64,000 bases of DNA from an uncultured Gemmatimonadales bacterium (GTDB taxonomy: Bacteria > Gemmatimonadota > Gemmatimonadetes > Gemmatimonadales > GWC2-71-9). The translations under genes and the position numbers were made by a program. Each line of letters begins with the position of its first letter. The first letter of the stretch is position 1. Location: assembly GCA_963842945.1 (NCBI GenBank), contig CAWJIM010000023.1, forward strand, positions 320,001-384,000, in the 5' to 3' direction. The notes below the pieces were generated by a model, which was not told the DNA's origin, searched no databases, and was given only the letters and a program-made list of their open reading frames with translations. Below, one piece after another: positions 52,123 to 64,000 of this stretch.

Positions 52123-52157
52123 CGCCTCACTCTCTCCGAGAGTGGGGCGCTCTTCTT
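52123..52157 (+). terminator. Terminator after Gly-rich gene
   Basis: CGCCTCACTCTC-TCC-GAGAGTGGGGCG followed by CTCTTCTT. Confidence 0.65.
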
Positions 52158-52277
52158 ACCGGGGGTACGGCGGGCTATACTAGGGACTGGCTTAACTTCA
52201 GATCTTCGCCGACACATCCGGCTTCAGATCACTGTCTCTCTACCTGCCATCGGGGTGGTGCGGCGCGAGGAGATCGA

Positions 52278-52715
52278 ATGAGCTCAAAGCGCGGACGCGA
52301 AGGGAGACTCAAGCCGCAACACGCCAATCTGTATCCTGGGCTGGAGCCGGGGGTCTGGCTGCCGGTCGAGAACCTGATTCGGCACGTTACCCAGCTGATC
52401 TACCAGGACCCGTCACGGCGCCGGGTCATTACCGGGCCACGGCTCTTGCATCAGGAGCACTTCGAATATCGCGGTGCATCGGAACGGCCCGAGGGATTGC
52501 CCGCCAGCGCCAGTCGCCTGAGCGACTCCAGCGCCGAGCCCAGCAGGTTCCCTCCACCCGGACCGAGGCCGATCAGCGGAACCAGAGAGGACCGACTTCA
52601 TGAGCCAACCCCCCCGAGCAGGAGTGCAAGCCGGCCGGCGCGTGCGCGCCGACGTACGGCAGGCGCTCCTCAAGTCGAGCTCCGCCCATCTCTATCCCGG
52701 TATCCCGCCGGGTGA
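52278..52715 (+). CDS. HFEFRG family copy C (true stop may be near 52603)
   Basis: GAGGAG RBS; REGRLKPQHANLYPGLEPGVWLP..RLLHQEHFEYRG. Confidence 0.8.
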   Translation: MSSKRGREGRLKPQHANLYPGLEPGVWLPVENLIRHVTQLIYQDPSRRRVITGPRLLHQEHFEYRGASERPEGLPASASRLSDSSAEPSRFPPPGPRPISGTREDRLHEPTPPSRSASRPARARRRTAGAPQVELRPSLSRYPAG

Positions 52716-52917
52716 GTGGCAGCCCGCCACTGTCATGGTTCAGCTGGTGTTGGCGCTCAAATCAGCCAACGGTCGTGCTCCCTCGGCCCGCGATCGCATT
52801 CTCGACGGCGACCACTTCGAGTTTCGCGGCCGGCTTTCCGCCGGAGGTCAGGACGACCAGCGCCGAACCCGACTCGAGGAACGGCATGATCGCAAGGAGG
52901 GGACCCTGGACGCGTGA
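52600..52917 (+). CDS. HFEFRG family copy D
   Basis: GAGAGGA RBS; RQALLKSSSAHLYPGIPPGEWQP..RILDGDHFEFRG. Confidence 0.8.
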   Translation: MSQPPRAGVQAGRRVRADVRQALLKSSSAHLYPGIPPGEWQPATVMVQLVLALKSANGRAPSARDRILDGDHFEFRGRLSAGGQDDQRRTRLEERHDRKEGTLDA

Positions 52918-53087
52918 CTGCTATCACGTCCTGAAGTCAGCGCTAGCCCTACGTTCGCCGGGTGAGGCCGGGTGGGGTGGAGGCGGAGTTGTCCGAGTGA
53001 ACAGCAGAGGTGAACCTATGAGAAACACCGTCAGCTCCGGGCCTGACACCACGGGAGGCAATCAGTAGTGCTTGCCCAGGTGGATTC

Positions 53088-53510
53088 ATGACCCTCCTTC
53101 CCGATGTTCGCAGCGCCCCCAGCATTCTCGTAGTCGACGACATGCCGACGGTACGCCGTATGGCGCACCGGCTGTTGACCGAATGGGGCTTCCGGGTATT
53201 CGAAGCCGAGAGCGGCGAAGAGGCGATCGAGGTATTGGAGACGGCAAAGGGGGGAGTCCAGCTGGTCATCGTGGACGTGATTCTTCCGCTTCTCGATGGC
53301 GTCCAGGTAACCCGCCGAATTCAGGAGCGCTGGCCCGGTCAGCGTACGCTCTATATGTCCGCCCACCCGGCCGAGGTGCTGGCCCAGCATGGGCTGACCG
53401 AGCTGAGCGTACCTTTCCTGGCCAAGCCGTTCACCCGCGACGAGCTGCTCACCAAGGTGAGTGAGGCGCTCGCCCGGCCCAGCTCCCCCGCCCAGAGGCC
53501 ACCTCGCTAG
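53088..53510 (+). CDS. Single-domain response regulator
   Basis: ILVVDD, LVIVDVILPLLDG, YMSA, FLAKPF. Confidence 0.92.
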   Translation: MTLLPDVRSAPSILVVDDMPTVRRMAHRLLTEWGFRVFEAESGEEAIEVLETAKGGVQLVIVDVILPLLDGVQVTRRIQERWPGQRTLYMSAHPAEVLAQHGLTELSVPFLAKPFTRDELLTKVSEALARPSSPAQRPPR

Positions 53511-53656
53511 AGCCCGGCCCTCCCGAGCTCGTGGTCCACAAGCCGGCCCGCGAGTGTCCGGTCAGCGAGCCTCATCCCCCCGACAGCTGCGGCATCGTCA
53601 AGGCACGGCGCGAACGACAGCTGGCGTTGACGTCCGCCTCCCCGGCCCGAACCAAG

Positions 53657-54888
53657 TCACGAGCGAGCCCGGCCCAGGGTGAAGTAAAACGTCGCTCCCT
53701 GCCCCACCAGACCTTCTGCCCATACCTTCCCGCCATGGCGGTGGATGATGCGTTGAACCGTGGCGAGCCCGATGCCGTTCCCGGGAAACTCCTGCTGGGA
53801 ATGCAGCCGCTGAAAGGGGCCGAACAGCCGGGCGGCGTACGTCATGTCGAAGCCGGCCCCGTTGTCGCGGATGAAGTAGGTCGGCTCGCCTGAGGCTCTG
53901 GGTCACCCCGAACTCGATTCGCGGCTCCGCCTGCTTGCCGGTGAACTTCCAGGCGTTCTGCAGCAGGTTCTCCATGGCGATCTTCAACAGCTGGCCGTCC
54001 CCCGTCACCACCACTCCCGGGCGGATCTTCACCTCCACCCGCCGATTCGGCTGGGCTTCCTGCAGCCGGCTCACCACCAGCTCTGCCACCTCGCTGAGGT
54101 CTACGTCCTGGTCCCGCAGGTCGGTCCGGGTAACCCGGGAGAGGTACAGCACGTCGTCGATCAGCTGCGCCATCTGCTGGCTGGCCTCCCGCACCCGGCT
54201 CAGGAACTTGCGCCCCTCGTCGTCCAGCCGTCTTCCCTGACTCTCCAGAATGGCCCGGCTGAAACTGTCGATTCTTCGGAGCGGGGCGCGAAGGTCGTGC
54301 GAAACAGCATAGCTGAAGCTCTCCAGCTCCCGGTTCTTGTGCTCCAGCTCCCGGACCAGCTCGGCGCGGGTCTCGGCCAGCTCCAGCGCCGCCTGCTCGC
54401 TCTCCGCCAGCAGGGCGGCCTGGCGGCGGAGCAGCTCGTTCTTCTTGGCCAGCTCCACGAACACTGCCACCTTGGAGCGCACGAACTCCGGCACCACCGG
54501 CTTGACCAGGTAGTCCACGGCGCCGACGGCGTATCCTCGAACCGCCTGGGTCTGGGTGGTGTCGGCTGCGGTGAGAAAGAGAATCGGGGTATGGCGGGAG
54601 CGGTCGCGCTGCCGGATCAGCGTCGGCGGTCTCGAAGCCATCCATCTCCGGCATCTTCACGTCCAGCAGGATCACGGCAAAATCGTCGCTCAGCAGGCGC
54701 TTCAACGCTTCGCGCCCCGACTCGGCCCGGACCAGGTTCTGCCCGAGATCCTCCAGCATGGCCTCCAGGGCAACCAGGTTGGCGGGCTGGTCGTCGACGA
54801 GGAGGATATTGACCTCGGTCGTCGGTCAGGCGGCTGGCGGGGCGCTTCGCGGTCAGGCACCCGCCGTGGGTCAGCGATCCTCGTCCAT
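53657..54888 (-). CDS. REC-coiled coil-histidine kinase (frameshifted; start uncertain)
   Basis: [70 protein letters not shown]. Confidence 0.88.
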
Positions 54889-54934
54889 GGGAAGCCGACT
54901 GTCCCCGCCGCCCCGCCTGTCCCCGCCGCCCCGC

Positions 54935-57900
54935 CTATCGGTACAGCCATACTCTCAGCAGCGACAGCAGCTGGTCCATATCGACCGGCTTGGCGATATA
55001 GTCCGACGCGCCGGCCTCGATGCATTTCTCCCGGTCGCCCTTCATTGCCTTGGCCGTGACCGCGATGATGGGAAGGTTGCGGAAGCGCGGCATCTCCCGA
55101 ATGGCGCGCATGGTCTCGTAGCCGTCCATCTCCGGCATCATCACATCCATCAGGACCACGTCGACGTCCGGCGTGTCCTGCAGCCGCGCGATGCCATCCC
55201 TGCCGCTCTCGGCGTAGACCACCTTCATCTCGCTCCGCTCCAGGAAGGTGGTCAGCGCGAAGATGTTGCGCACGTCGTCGTCCACGATCGAGCGCCTTCC
55301 GGCCGGTGAGCGTAGGATCGGTGCGGTGGAGCTGCTCCAGCATCCGCTGCTTCGATTCCGGCAGCCGCGCGGTGACCCGGTGGAGGAAGAGCGCCGTCTC
55401 ATCCAGCAGCCGCTCGGGCGACTGCGCGTCCTTGATCACCACCGATTCCGCCATCCGGCGCAGCTCCGCCTCTTCCCGCTTGGTGAGCTGCTTGCCGGTA
55501 TAGATGATGGTCGGCAGCTTGCGGAGCCCGATCTCGCCCTTGACCCGGGTGATCAGCTGGAAGCCGGTCATATCGGGCAGACCGAGATCGAGCACCATGC
55601 AGTCGAACGCCTCCCGCTGCAGCGCCTCGAGAGCCTCCGCCCCGGTGCTCACCGCGGTGGTGACCACGTCGCCATCGCCGATCAGCTCGGCGATGCTCTG
55701 CTGCTGGGCCTGGTCGTCCTCCACCACCAGCAGCCGCTTGACCGGCCGGTCCACGAAATCGTGCAGCGTGGTGAGCGCCTCGGAGAGCGACTCCTTGGTG
55801 GCCGGCTTGGTCATGAAATCGATCGCGCCCAGCCGGAGCCCTCGCTGCCAGTTCTCCTCCACCGAGATGATGTGCACCGGAATGTGCCGGGTGGAGGCGT
55901 CGTGCTTCAGCCGGTCGAGAATGGTCCACCCGTCGGCGTCGGGCAGCCTCAGGTCGAGAGTGACCGCGGTCGGTTGATATTCCCGGGCCAGAGCCAGGGC
56001 CCGGTCGGCCGACTGGGCCACCAGTCCCTTGAAGCCCCGTTCTCGCGCCAGATCGAGCAGAATCTGGGCGAAGTTGGGGTCGTCCTCCGCGATCAGCAGG
56101 ATGCGATCGCCCTCCTCGACCGTGGCGCGATCGTCGTTGATCGCCCGCTCCACCACCGGAGCGAGCACCACCCGCGAGCTGGCCGTCAGCACCGGCTTCG
56201 GCTCGACCACCAGGCCGATGCCGCTGCTCGTGTCCTCATCCACCGAGGATGTTTCCACCGGCTGCGCCGGATAGATCAACGGCAGGTAGAGGGTAAACGT
56301 GCTGCCCTGGCCCGGCGAGCTCTCGATCCTGATTTCGCCGCCCAGCAGCCGGGTGATCTGCCGGCTGATGGAGAGGCCCAGACCGGTGCCGCCGTACTTG
56401 CGGCTGGTGGTGCCGTCGCCCTGCTGGAAGGCCTCGAAGATGACGCCGTGCTTCTCCTTGGGAATGCCGATACCGGTATCGGTCACCGAGAACGCGATCA
56501 CGGTGTTGGCCGCGTTCAGCATCTCCTGCTCCGGATTCCAGCCCTCCGTCGCCACCCGGGCCCGAAGCGAGACGCTGCCCCGCTCGGTGAACTTGAACGC
56601 GTTGGAGAGGAGGTTCTTGAGCACCTGCTGCAGCCGCTTGGTGTCGGTCTGCAGGGCTGGCGGAAGGCTGGGCTCGAGATGGACGTCGAACTCCAGTCCC
56701 TTGAGGTCGGCCACCTGACGGAAGGTGCTCTCGACGAACTTCCGCACCTCGGCGAAGGAGCACCGTGGTCACGTCCACCGCCATGGTGCCGGATTCGATC
56801 TTCGACAGGTCGAGAATGTCGTTGATCAGGTCGAGCAGGTCGGAGCCCGGAGCTGTGGATGGTCTGGGCGAAACCCGACCTGCTTGCTGGTGAGATTCCC
56901 GTCGGCGTTCTCGCTCAGGATCTGGGAGAGAATCAGCAGGCTGTTGAGCGGGGTCCTGAGCTCGTGCGACATGTTGGCCAGGAACTCGGACTTGTACTTG
57001 GAGATCAGGGCGAGCTGCTCCGCCTTTTCCTCCAGCGCCACCTTGGCCTGCTCCACCTCCTTGTTCTTCTGCTCCACCTCCGCCTTCTGGCCGGCCAGCA
57101 GGTGGGCCTTTTCCTCCAGCTCCAGGTTGGTCTTCTGCAGCTCGTCCTGCTGGTTGCGGAGCAGGTCTTCCGATTTCTGCAGCGAGCGGGTCTGCTGTTC
57201 CAGCCGCTTGTTGGTCTCGGTGAGCGCTTCCTGCTGGGACTGGAGGCCCTCGGTGAGCGCCTGCGACTGCTTGAGCAGCTCCTCGGTCCGCATGTTGGCT
57301 TCGATGGTGTTGAGCACGATGCCGATGCTCTCCGCCAGCTGCTCCAGGAAGGTGAGCCGGATCTCGTCGAACTGGTCGAAGGTGGCCAGCTCGAGCACCG
57401 CCTTGACCTCGCCCTCGAACAGCACCGGCAGCACCACGATGCTGCGGGGCGGTGCCCCGCCCAGGCCGGAGCTGATCTGGATGTAGTCCTGGGGAACCTG
57501 GTTGATGGCCAGCATCCGTCCCTCGACGGCGCACTGGCCGACCAGCCCTTCGCCCAGCCGGAACTCGCTGGAGACGTGCTTGCGGTCGTTGTAGGCGTAG
57601 CTGGCCAGCAGCTTGAGCGTGGCCTCTTCACCGGTCGGGCTCGACCACGTAGAAGACGCCGTGGTGGGCAGTGACCAGCGGCGCCAGGTCCGACAGAATC
57701 AGCTGGGAGACGGCGCCGAGGTCGCGCTGGCCCTGCAGCATCCGGCTGAACTTGGCCAGGTTGGTCTTGAGCCAGTCCTGCTCCATGTTCTTCCGCGTGG
57801 TGTCGCGGAGGTTCCGGATCATCTCGTTGATGTTGTCCTTGAGCTCGGCCACCTCGCCCTGGGCCTCGACCGCGATCGACCGGGTCAGGTCGCCCTTGGT

Positions 57901-60900
57901 CACCGCGGTGGCCACTTCGGCGATGGCGCGGACCTGGGTGGTGAGGTTGGCGGCGAGCTGATTCACGTTGCCGGTCAGGTCGCGCCAGATGCCGGCGGCT
58001 CCCGGCACCCGGGCCTGGCCGCCCAGCTTGCCGTCGATGCCGACCTCGCGGGCCACGTTGGTGACCTGATCGGCAAAGGTGGCCAGCGTCTCCGTCATCC
58101 AGTTGATGGTGTCGGCCAGCGTGGCGATCTCGCCCTTCACCTCCACCCGGAGCTGCTGCTTCAGGTCGCCGTTGGCCACGGCGGTCACCACCTTGGCGAT
58201 GCCGCGCACCTGGGCCGTCAGGTTGGCCGCCATGGAGTTGACGTTGTCGGTCAGGTCCTTCCAGACGCCGGCGACTCCGGTCACCTGGGCCTGGCCGCCC
58301 AGGGTTCCCTCGGTACCGACCTCGCGGGCCACGCGGGTCACTTCGGAGGCGAACGAGTTGAGCTGGTCCACCATGGTGTTGACGGTGTTCTTCAGCTCGA
58401 GGATTTCGCCCTGCACGTCCACCGTGATCTTCTTGTTCAGCTCGCCGCGGGCCACCGCGGTGGTCACGTCGGCGATGTTACGGACCTGGGCCGTCAGGTT
58501 GCCGGCCATGTAGTTCACGTTGTCGGTCAGGTCCTTCCAGGTGCCGGCCACGCCCTTCACGTAAGCCTGGCCGCCGAGCTTTCCTTCGGTGCCGACTTCT
58601 CGCGCCACGCGGCTCACTTCGGAGGCGAAGGCGTTGAGCTGGTCCACCATCGTATTGATGGTGTCCTTCAGCTCCAGAATTTCGCCCTTCACGTCCACCG
58701 TGATCTTCTTCGACAGGTCGCCGTTGGCCACCGCGGTGGTGACCTGGGCGATGTTCCGGACCTGGGCGGTCAGGTTGCCGGCCATGGAGTTCACGTTATC
58801 GGTCAGGTCCTTCCAGACACCGGCGACGCCGGTCACCTGGGCCTGGCCGCCGAGCCTGCCTTCGGTACCGACTTCGCGGGCGACGCGGGTCACTTCCGAC
58901 GCGAAGGAGTTGAGCTGGTCCACCATGGTGTTGATGGTGTTCTTGAGCTCCAGAATCTCGCCTTTCACGTCGACGGTGATCTTCTTGTTGAGCTGTCCCA
59001 GCGCCACCGCCGTCGTCACGTCGGCGATGTTACGCACCTGAGCCGTGAGGTTGCCGGCCATCGAGTTCACGTTGTCGGTCAGGTCCTTCCAGGTGCCGCC
59101 GACGCCCTTCACCTGAGCCTGGCCGCCCAGCTTGCCTTCGGTGCCGACTTCACGGGCCACGCGGGTCACTTCCGACGCGAAGGAGTTGAGCTGGTCCACC
59201 ATCGTGTTGATGGTGTTCTTGAGCTCGAGAATCTCGCCCTTCACGTCTACCGTGATCTTCTTGTTCAGCTCACCCCGGGCGACCGCCGTGGTCACCTCGG
59301 CGATGTTCCGGACCTGAGCCGTCAGGTTGCCGGCCATCGAGTTCACGTTGTCGGTCAGGTCCTTCCAGGTGCCGCCGACGCCCTTCACCTGAGCCTGGCC
59401 GCCCAGCTTGCCTTCGGTACCGACTTCACGGGCGACGCGGGTCACTTCCGACGCGAAGGAGCTCAGCTGGTCCACCATCGTATTGATGGTGTTCTTGAGC
59501 TCGAGGATCTCGCCTTTCACGTCGACGGTGATCTTCTTCGAAAGGTCGCCGTTCGCGACCGCGGTGGTCACGTCGGCGATGTTGCGGACCTGGCCGGTCA
59601 GGTTCCCGGCCATCGAGTTCACGTTGTCGGTCAGGTCCTTCCAGGTACCGCCGATACCACGGACCTGGGCCTGACCGCCCAGCTTGCCCTCGGTACCGAC
59701 CTCGCGGGCCACGCGGGTGACCTCGGAGGCGAAGGAGCTCAGCTGGTCCACCATGGTGTTGATGGTGTTCTTGAGCTCGAGGATTTCGCCCTGCACGTCC
59801 ACCGTGATCTTCTTGGACAGGTCGCCGTTGGCCACTGCCGTGGTGACGTCGGCGATGTTTCGGACCTGCGCCGTCAGGTTACCGGCCATCCAGTTGACGT
59901 TGTCGGTCAGGTCCTTCCAGGTGCCGCCCACGCCGGTCACCTCGGCCTGGCCGCCGAGCTTGCCTTCGGTGCCGACCTCGCGGGCGACGCGGGTCACCTC
60001 TGAGGCGAAGGAGCTCAGCTGGTCCACCATGGTGTTGATGGTGTTCTTGAGCTCCAGGATCTCGCCCTGCACGTCGACCGTGATCTTCTTGTTCAGCTCG
60101 CCTCGGGCCACCGCGGTGGTGACTTCGGCGATGTTTCGGACCTGCGCGGTCAGGTTCCCGGCCATGCTGTTCACGTTGTCGGTCAGGTCCTTCCAGGTGC
60201 CGGCCACGCCCTTCACCTGGGCCTGGCCGCCCAGCTTTCCTTCGGTGCCGACTTCGCGGGCGACGCGGGTCACTTCCGAGGCGAAGGAGTTGAGCTGGTC
60301 CACCATGGTGTTGATGGTGTTCTTGAGCTCGAGGATTTCGCCCTTCACGTCGACCGTGATCTTCTTGGACAGGTCGCCGTTGGCCACGGCCGTGGTTACG
60401 TCGGCGATGTTTCGGACCTGCGCCGTCAGGTTGCCGGCCATGCAGTTGACGCTGTCGGTCAGGTCCTTCCAGGTGCCGCCCACGCCCCTCACGTACGCCT
60501 GACCGCCCAGCTTGCCTTCGGTACCGACTTCGCGGGCCACTCGGGTCACTTCGGATGCGAAGGAATTCAGCTGGTCCACCATCGTGTTGATGGTGTTCTT
60601 GAGCTCGAGAATTTCCCCTTTGACGTCGACGGTGATCTTCTTGGAGAGGTCGCCGTTGGCGACGGCGGTGGTGACCTGGGCGATGTTTCGGACCTGGGCG
60701 GTCAGATTGCCGGCCATGCTGTTCACGTTGTCGGTCAGGTCCTTCCAGGTGCCGCCCACGCCCTTCACCCTGGCCTGCCCGCCGAGCTTGCCCTCGGTGC
60801 CGACTTCGCGGGCCACGCGGGTGACCTCGGAGGCAAACGAGCTGAGCTGGTCCACCATCGAGTTCACCGTCTTGCCGATCCGGAGGAACTCGCCCATGAG

Positions 60901-61371
60901 CGGCCGGCCCTCGATGTCGAGCGACATCGACTGCGACAGGTCTCCCCGGGCCACGGCGCCGATGACGCGGGCCACTTCGCTGGTGGGCTGAACCAGATCG
61001 CCGATCAGGGTGTTGACCGAGTTGACCGACGCCGCCCAGGCTCCGGCCGCCCCGTGGAGGTGCGCCCGCTGGGTGATCTTGCCTTCCTTACCGACCGCCT
61101 TGCTCACCCGCTCGAATTCCCGAGCGGTCTCCCGGTTGAGATCGATGATGTCGTTCAGGGCGTCGGAGATCTTTCCCGCGAGGCCTACCTGAGAGACCGG
61201 CATCTTGACGGAGAAATCGCCCTTGCGAACCGCGATAAGAACCGCAAGCAGTTGATCGGTGTCCAGTACATCGGAACCGGCTTGGACGGCAAGGCGACTA
61301 TTCGCCCGGCGCTTGGACTTACGCCCGTTGCCGGTCGTGCGACCGTTCACGGTCGACTGTTCAGTCGGCAT
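54935..61371 (-). CDS. Giant poly-HAMP hybrid histidine kinase (HAMP array, GAF, HisKA, HATPase, 3 REC; frameshifted)
   Basis: 92-aa repeats in ORF 57628-61371; GAF and [14 protein letters not shown] in 56826-57515; NAFKFT, GGTGLGL and receivers in 54702-56747 and 54935-55402. Confidence 0.93.
57900..61100 (-). repeat. 276-nt tandem coding repeat (HAMP units)
   Basis: Eleven copies of [15 protein letters not shown] unit plus one diverged N-terminal copy. Confidence 0.93.
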
Positions 61372-61596
61372 GGAAACTCCTGAAGGGCCTGATTCTGAAG
61401 CAGGGGGTGGGCAAAGTTGTGTAAGCTCCGCGAGAGGCGGCTGTGAGGCAGGTCACATGGTGTAGAAAAAGCTTAGCCGGCGGCTGGCGCTTGACTTAAT
61501 GCCGGCAGTGAACACACTTCAGACTGACCTCTTAAAGATAAACAGCGGGCGGGGAGTTGGTACCCAACCCTCTGCTCTTGCCTCAGCCCGGCCCTG

Positions 61597-63943
61597 ATGC
61601 TGCCAGATCCGCTCCGCATACTCATCCTGGAAGACGTGCCGATGGACGCCGAGCTGGTGGAGTATGAGCTCGAGCGGGCCGGGGTCCCGTTCATGTCCCA
61701 GCGGGTGGATACCCGGGACGGTTTCCTGCAGGAGCTGGACGGCTTTCAACCTCACGTGATCCTGTCGGACTACACCCTTCCCCAATTCGATGGGATGAGC
61801 GCGCTCTCGCTGGCCCGGGAGCGCGCCCCCAGCAATTCCCTTCCTGATCGTCACCGGATCGGTCAACGAGGAGACCGCCGTCGGCTGCATGAAGGCCGGC
61901 GCGACGGATTATCTGCTGAAGAGCAATCTGGCCCGGATCGGTCCGGCCATCGAAGCGGCGCTGGAGCGCGAGAGAGCGCGCGCGGAAAAAATCAGAGCCG
62001 AGTCGGCACTGGCCGCCAGCGAGCGAAGGTTCCGCTCGCTGGTGCAGAACTCCTCGGACCTGGTGACCATCGTCGCTCCCAACGGCTCGATCCTCTACGC
62101 CAGCGATTCGGCCGAACGGATCGTGGGCTACTCCCCCGCCGCGCTCGTCGGCACCAGCCTGATGGACTACGTCGCCCCAGACGACGCGGAGCCGATGCGA
62201 GCCTTGCTGCAGAACGGCGACAGCGCACCCAGCGAGACCGGTCCCCTCGAGTTCTGCCTCCGCCGGAGCGACGGCACCCCGGTGTGGCTCGAGGCGGTGG
62301 GTACCAACCTGCTGACCGACCCCACCATTCGGGGCATCGTGCTCAATGCCCGGGACGTGAGCGAGCGGAAGCGGGCCGATACCGCTCTGAGAGAGAGCGA
62401 GGAGCGCTACCGCGATCTGTTCGACAATGCCAGCGATCTGGTCTGCATGGTGGATCCAGCCGGCGTGCTGCTCTACGCCAACCATGCCTGGCAGCAGGGG
62501 ACGGGCTATGGCGCAGACGAGATCGGGAACCTGCAGCTTTCCGACATTCTTCACCCCGACAGCCGGCAGCACTATGCCGGCGTGATCGAGCGGGTGCTCG
62601 CCGGCGAGCGCCTGGACCACGTCGAGCTGGTGTTCGTCCCCAAGTCCGGACCGCCGATTACGGTCGAGGGTAACCTGAGCTGCACCTTCAAGGACGGGAG
62701 CCCATCAGGTATTCGGGGGATCTACCGCGATGTCACCGAGCGGAAGAAAATCGAGGAGCATCTCCGGCGGGCCGAGCGGATGCAGGCGGCCGGTAAGCTC
62801 GCGGGAGGCGTGGCTCACGAAGTGAACAACATGATGACGGGCGTGATCGGGTTCAGTGAATTCGTCATCCGCAGCTTCGACCAGGACGATCCCCGCCGCA
62901 GTGACATGGAAGAGGTGATCCGGGCCGCCAGCCGGGCGGCCGACGTCACCCGCCAGCTCCTCGCCTTTACCCGGCAGCAGTATCTGCAGCCGCGGATGGT
63001 CGACATCAACGCCGTGGTCCTCGATATGGAGAAGATGCTGCGCCGCTCCCTGGGCGAGGACAAGCACCTGGAGCTCCGGCTGGCTCCCCAGCTGGGCCAG
63101 ATCCGCGCCGACCGGGGGCAGCTGGAGCAGGTACTCATCAACCTGGTCCTGAACGCCCGTGACGCATTGACCGACCATGGCCGGGTGACCATCGAAACCA
63201 GCAGCACGGTGTGGGACGCCGCGTACGGCGAGCGCCACGGCGGGGTCGAGACCCCGCTGGGACACTACGTCATGCTCGCGGTGAGCGACAACGGCTGCGG
63301 CATGGACGCCGAGGTGCAGGCTAGAATCTTCGAGCCCTTCTTTACCACCAAGCCGGTGGGACAGGGCACCGGCCTCGGCCTATCGACCGTTTACGGCATT
63401 GTGAAGCAGAGCGGCGGCTTCATTTGGGCGTACAGTGAGCCGGCCCAGGGCACCGTCTTCAAGGTCTACCTTCCGGAGACGGTGGCCCCGGAGCACGGAA
63501 AGGTCACTCACGAGCCGGGCCACGACGTCGTAGCCGAGCATGGGGTCGAAAGCGTGCTGGTGATCGAGGACGAGGACGTGGTGAGGAACCTGGCCATCCG
63601 CGGCCTCAGAGATCATGGCTACACCGTGATCGAGGCCAGGAATGGGGTCGAAGCCCTGGACTACCTGAAGCGGTATCCCGGGAGCATCGATCTGGTTATC
63701 TGCGACGTGGTCATGCCGGAGATGGGAGGACGGGAGTTTGGGCAGCGTCTGGCCCTGCTCGAACCGGACCTTCCGATCCTTTTCATGTCGGGGTATACCG
63801 GTGAGGATGTGGTGCAGCGGGGGTTACTGGACCCGGGCGCCTCTTTTCAGCAAAAGCCCTTCACTCCGGGAATTCTGGCCACCAAGGTCAGATCCATGCT
63901 GGACCAGCGGCCGCAGACCCGGGTCCGGGAAGTCTCCCACTAA
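61597..63943 (+). CDS. Hybrid histidine kinase REC-PAS-PAS-HisKA-HATPase-REC (frameshift near 61835)
   Basis: [28 protein letters not shown]; two [23 protein letters not shown]; terminal receiver. Confidence 0.92.
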
Positions 63944-64000
63944 ATACCCTTAACCATCACGCCGATTGCGATTTCGCTTCGCTCTCGGCGGGACGAAACT

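Noticed and set aside
54899..54936. 18-nt direct repeat CTGTCCCCGCCGCCCCGC x2
   Set aside because: Probably a degenerate half-copy of the GC-rich repeat family; too short for a separate claim.
57613..60003. 796-aa plus-strand ORF and other long antisense ORFs (e.g. 97-1017, 35425-36795, 40821-42383, 55248-56825)
   Set aside because: Shadow frames of well-supported high-GC genes; no motifs of their own.
57900..61100. Long tandem DNA repeat as CRISPR or mobile element
   Set aside because: 276-nt in-frame units with synonymous variation encode HAMP domains; no spacers or cas genes.

Overview
High-GC bacterial chromosomal window; gene content and order suggest Gemmatimonadota (inference, not verified). 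Bases 1-33.9 kb are mostly core genes: lpdA, lipB, three peptidases, dnaE-accA-ricT-metG, an M23 peptidase, TPM-nucleotidyltransferase-LemA, DsbA, a CPBP protease, waaA, two outer-membrane barrels, an F1-only atpAGDC operon, AraC-like and NUDIX genes, mlaEFD, a sigma-70 factor and six tRNAs. Bases 34-64 kb are accessory and signalling-rich: tricorn protease, sulfite oxidase-like enzyme, tRNA-Arg(CCG) with an att-like scar, aldo/keto reductase, an OB-less DNA ligase, five hybrid histidine kinases (one poly-HAMP) and two stand-alone receivers. Many genes carry single-base frameshifts, most likely assembly errors. Most notable: (1) four paralogs of a ~90-110 aa family I do not recognise (RE.RL...A..YP...P..W ... 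HFE[FY]RG), one missed by the ORF track, interspersed with two-component genes; (2) a ~145 nt transcript with a 13-nt perfect Shine-Dalgarno, an 11-codon ORF and a terminator directly upstream of the CPBP protease; (3) palindromic 8/9-mer tandem repeat elements that also invade coding sequences; (4) a Rex/CRP-like operator at atpA; (5) a multibranched fold upstream of metG. All calls were made by eye without database searches.
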